Both the position numbers and the translations under genes were made by a program. 39,945 nt of DNA from positions 1-39,945 of the forward strand of contig PEAD01000027.1 in NCBI GenBank assembly GCA_002753335.1, given 5' to 3'. Positions 39,478 to 39,945 of the stretch are shown here, in pieces. The notes below the pieces were generated by a model. The model did not search any database and was not told the DNA's origin. It worked only from the letters and a program-made list of their open reading frames with translations. The stretch's first letter is position 1. Every line of letters begins with the position of its first letter. This stretch comes from Nitrospirae bacterium MYbin3 (GTDB lineage Bacteria; Nitrospirota; Thermodesulfovibrionia; Thermodesulfovibrionales; Dissulfurispiraceae).

Positions 39478-39507
39478 TTGACATTTAATATTAGAGCATG
39501 GTATAAA
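39478..39507 (+). promoter_or_regulatory. Sigma70 promoter of the cold-shock gene
   Basis: TTGACA-N18-TATAAA with TG extended -10. Confidence 0.6.
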
Positions 39508-39578
39508 TTGTCACCGATGCTTTGTTTCGGGACCCAAAGGAACATCTGTTCCGGGAAATTTAAGGAGGACTTAGCAGT

Positions 39579-39782
39579 ATGGCTTTTGAAGGGAAAGTAA
39601 AGTGGTTCAACGAATCCAAGGGCTTTGGTTTCATCCAACAGGACAATGGGCCGGATGTATTTGTTCATTACTCTTCGCTCAAACAGGAGGGCTTTAAGAC
39701 CCTTGCTGAAGGCCAGAGGGTCAGGTTTGACGTTGCCGAAGGCGACCGCGGACCAAAGGCCACAAACGTAGAAAGAATCTAA
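39579..39782 (+). CDS. cspA: Cold-shock protein, CspA family
   Basis: [41 protein letters not shown]. Confidence 0.95.
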   Translation: MAFEGKVKWFNESKGFGFIQQDNGPDVFVHYSSLKQEGFKTLAEGQRVRFDVAEGDRGPKATNVERI

Positions 39783-39789
39783 CCAATCC

Positions 39790-39820
39790 GGGGCCCGCAA
39801 AGGGCCCCTTTTATTTTTTT
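39790..39820 (+). terminator. Intrinsic terminator of csp
   Basis: GGGGCCC-GCAAA-GGGCCCC followed by TTTTATTTTTTT. Confidence 0.9.
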
Positions 39821-39832
39821 CTTATTCCTACT

Positions 39833-39945
39833 GTAAAGTAGAGGGCTGGCGCGGTAGTATAGCACCCCGTTTCCAGTCCCCCCTCATCAATTCCGTACGT
39901 TCGGTTTTCCCGAATACGGCTTTCCGATTATCTTCTTCCAGAAGT
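39833..39945 (-). mobile_element. 3' end of a group II intron (domains V and VI), running off the window edge
   Basis: Minus strand reads GGAAAGCCGTATTCGGGAAAACCGAACGTACGGAATTGATGAGGGGGGACTGG...CCAGCCCTCT-A-CTTTAC: AGC triad, GAAA loop, bulged A 7 nt from an AC terminus. Confidence 0.88.

Overview
Bacterial chromosomal window, mostly housekeeping. Gene order (thrC-sulfur carrier-NIL-thrC-apgM-lysC-cimA, ispH-rpsA-sppA-ihfB, split cytochrome b) suggests an anaerobe of Nitrospirota/Thermodesulfovibrionia type; this is an inference. Core genes: gmhA, ruvC, ribBA, mnmG, a GT2/PAP2/flippase set, a Rieske-cytochrome b6-type complex, rpsA, ispH, speD, pgk, gap and a cold-shock gene. Features the ORF track misses: (1) two apparent ORFs at 1829-3184 are one exported selenoprotein (CXXCH heme motif plus three rhodanese domains) with an in-frame UGA, a SECIS-like hairpin, and tRNA-Sec (selC) in the same window; (2) a one-gene methyltransferase islet at tRNA-Arg(CCG), bounded by a decayed duplicate of the tRNA 3' half; (3) the 3' end (domains V-VI) of a group II intron at the right edge; (4) overlapping -10 boxes serving two divergent, near-leaderless genes (mnmG and an HDOD/degenerate AAA+ protein); (5) an uncharacterised multi-Tat redox operon (TlpA, AKR-FeS, DUF6599-like, DUF362, membrane polyferredoxin). 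No CRISPR array or rRNA was seen. All calls are by eye; no searches were run.
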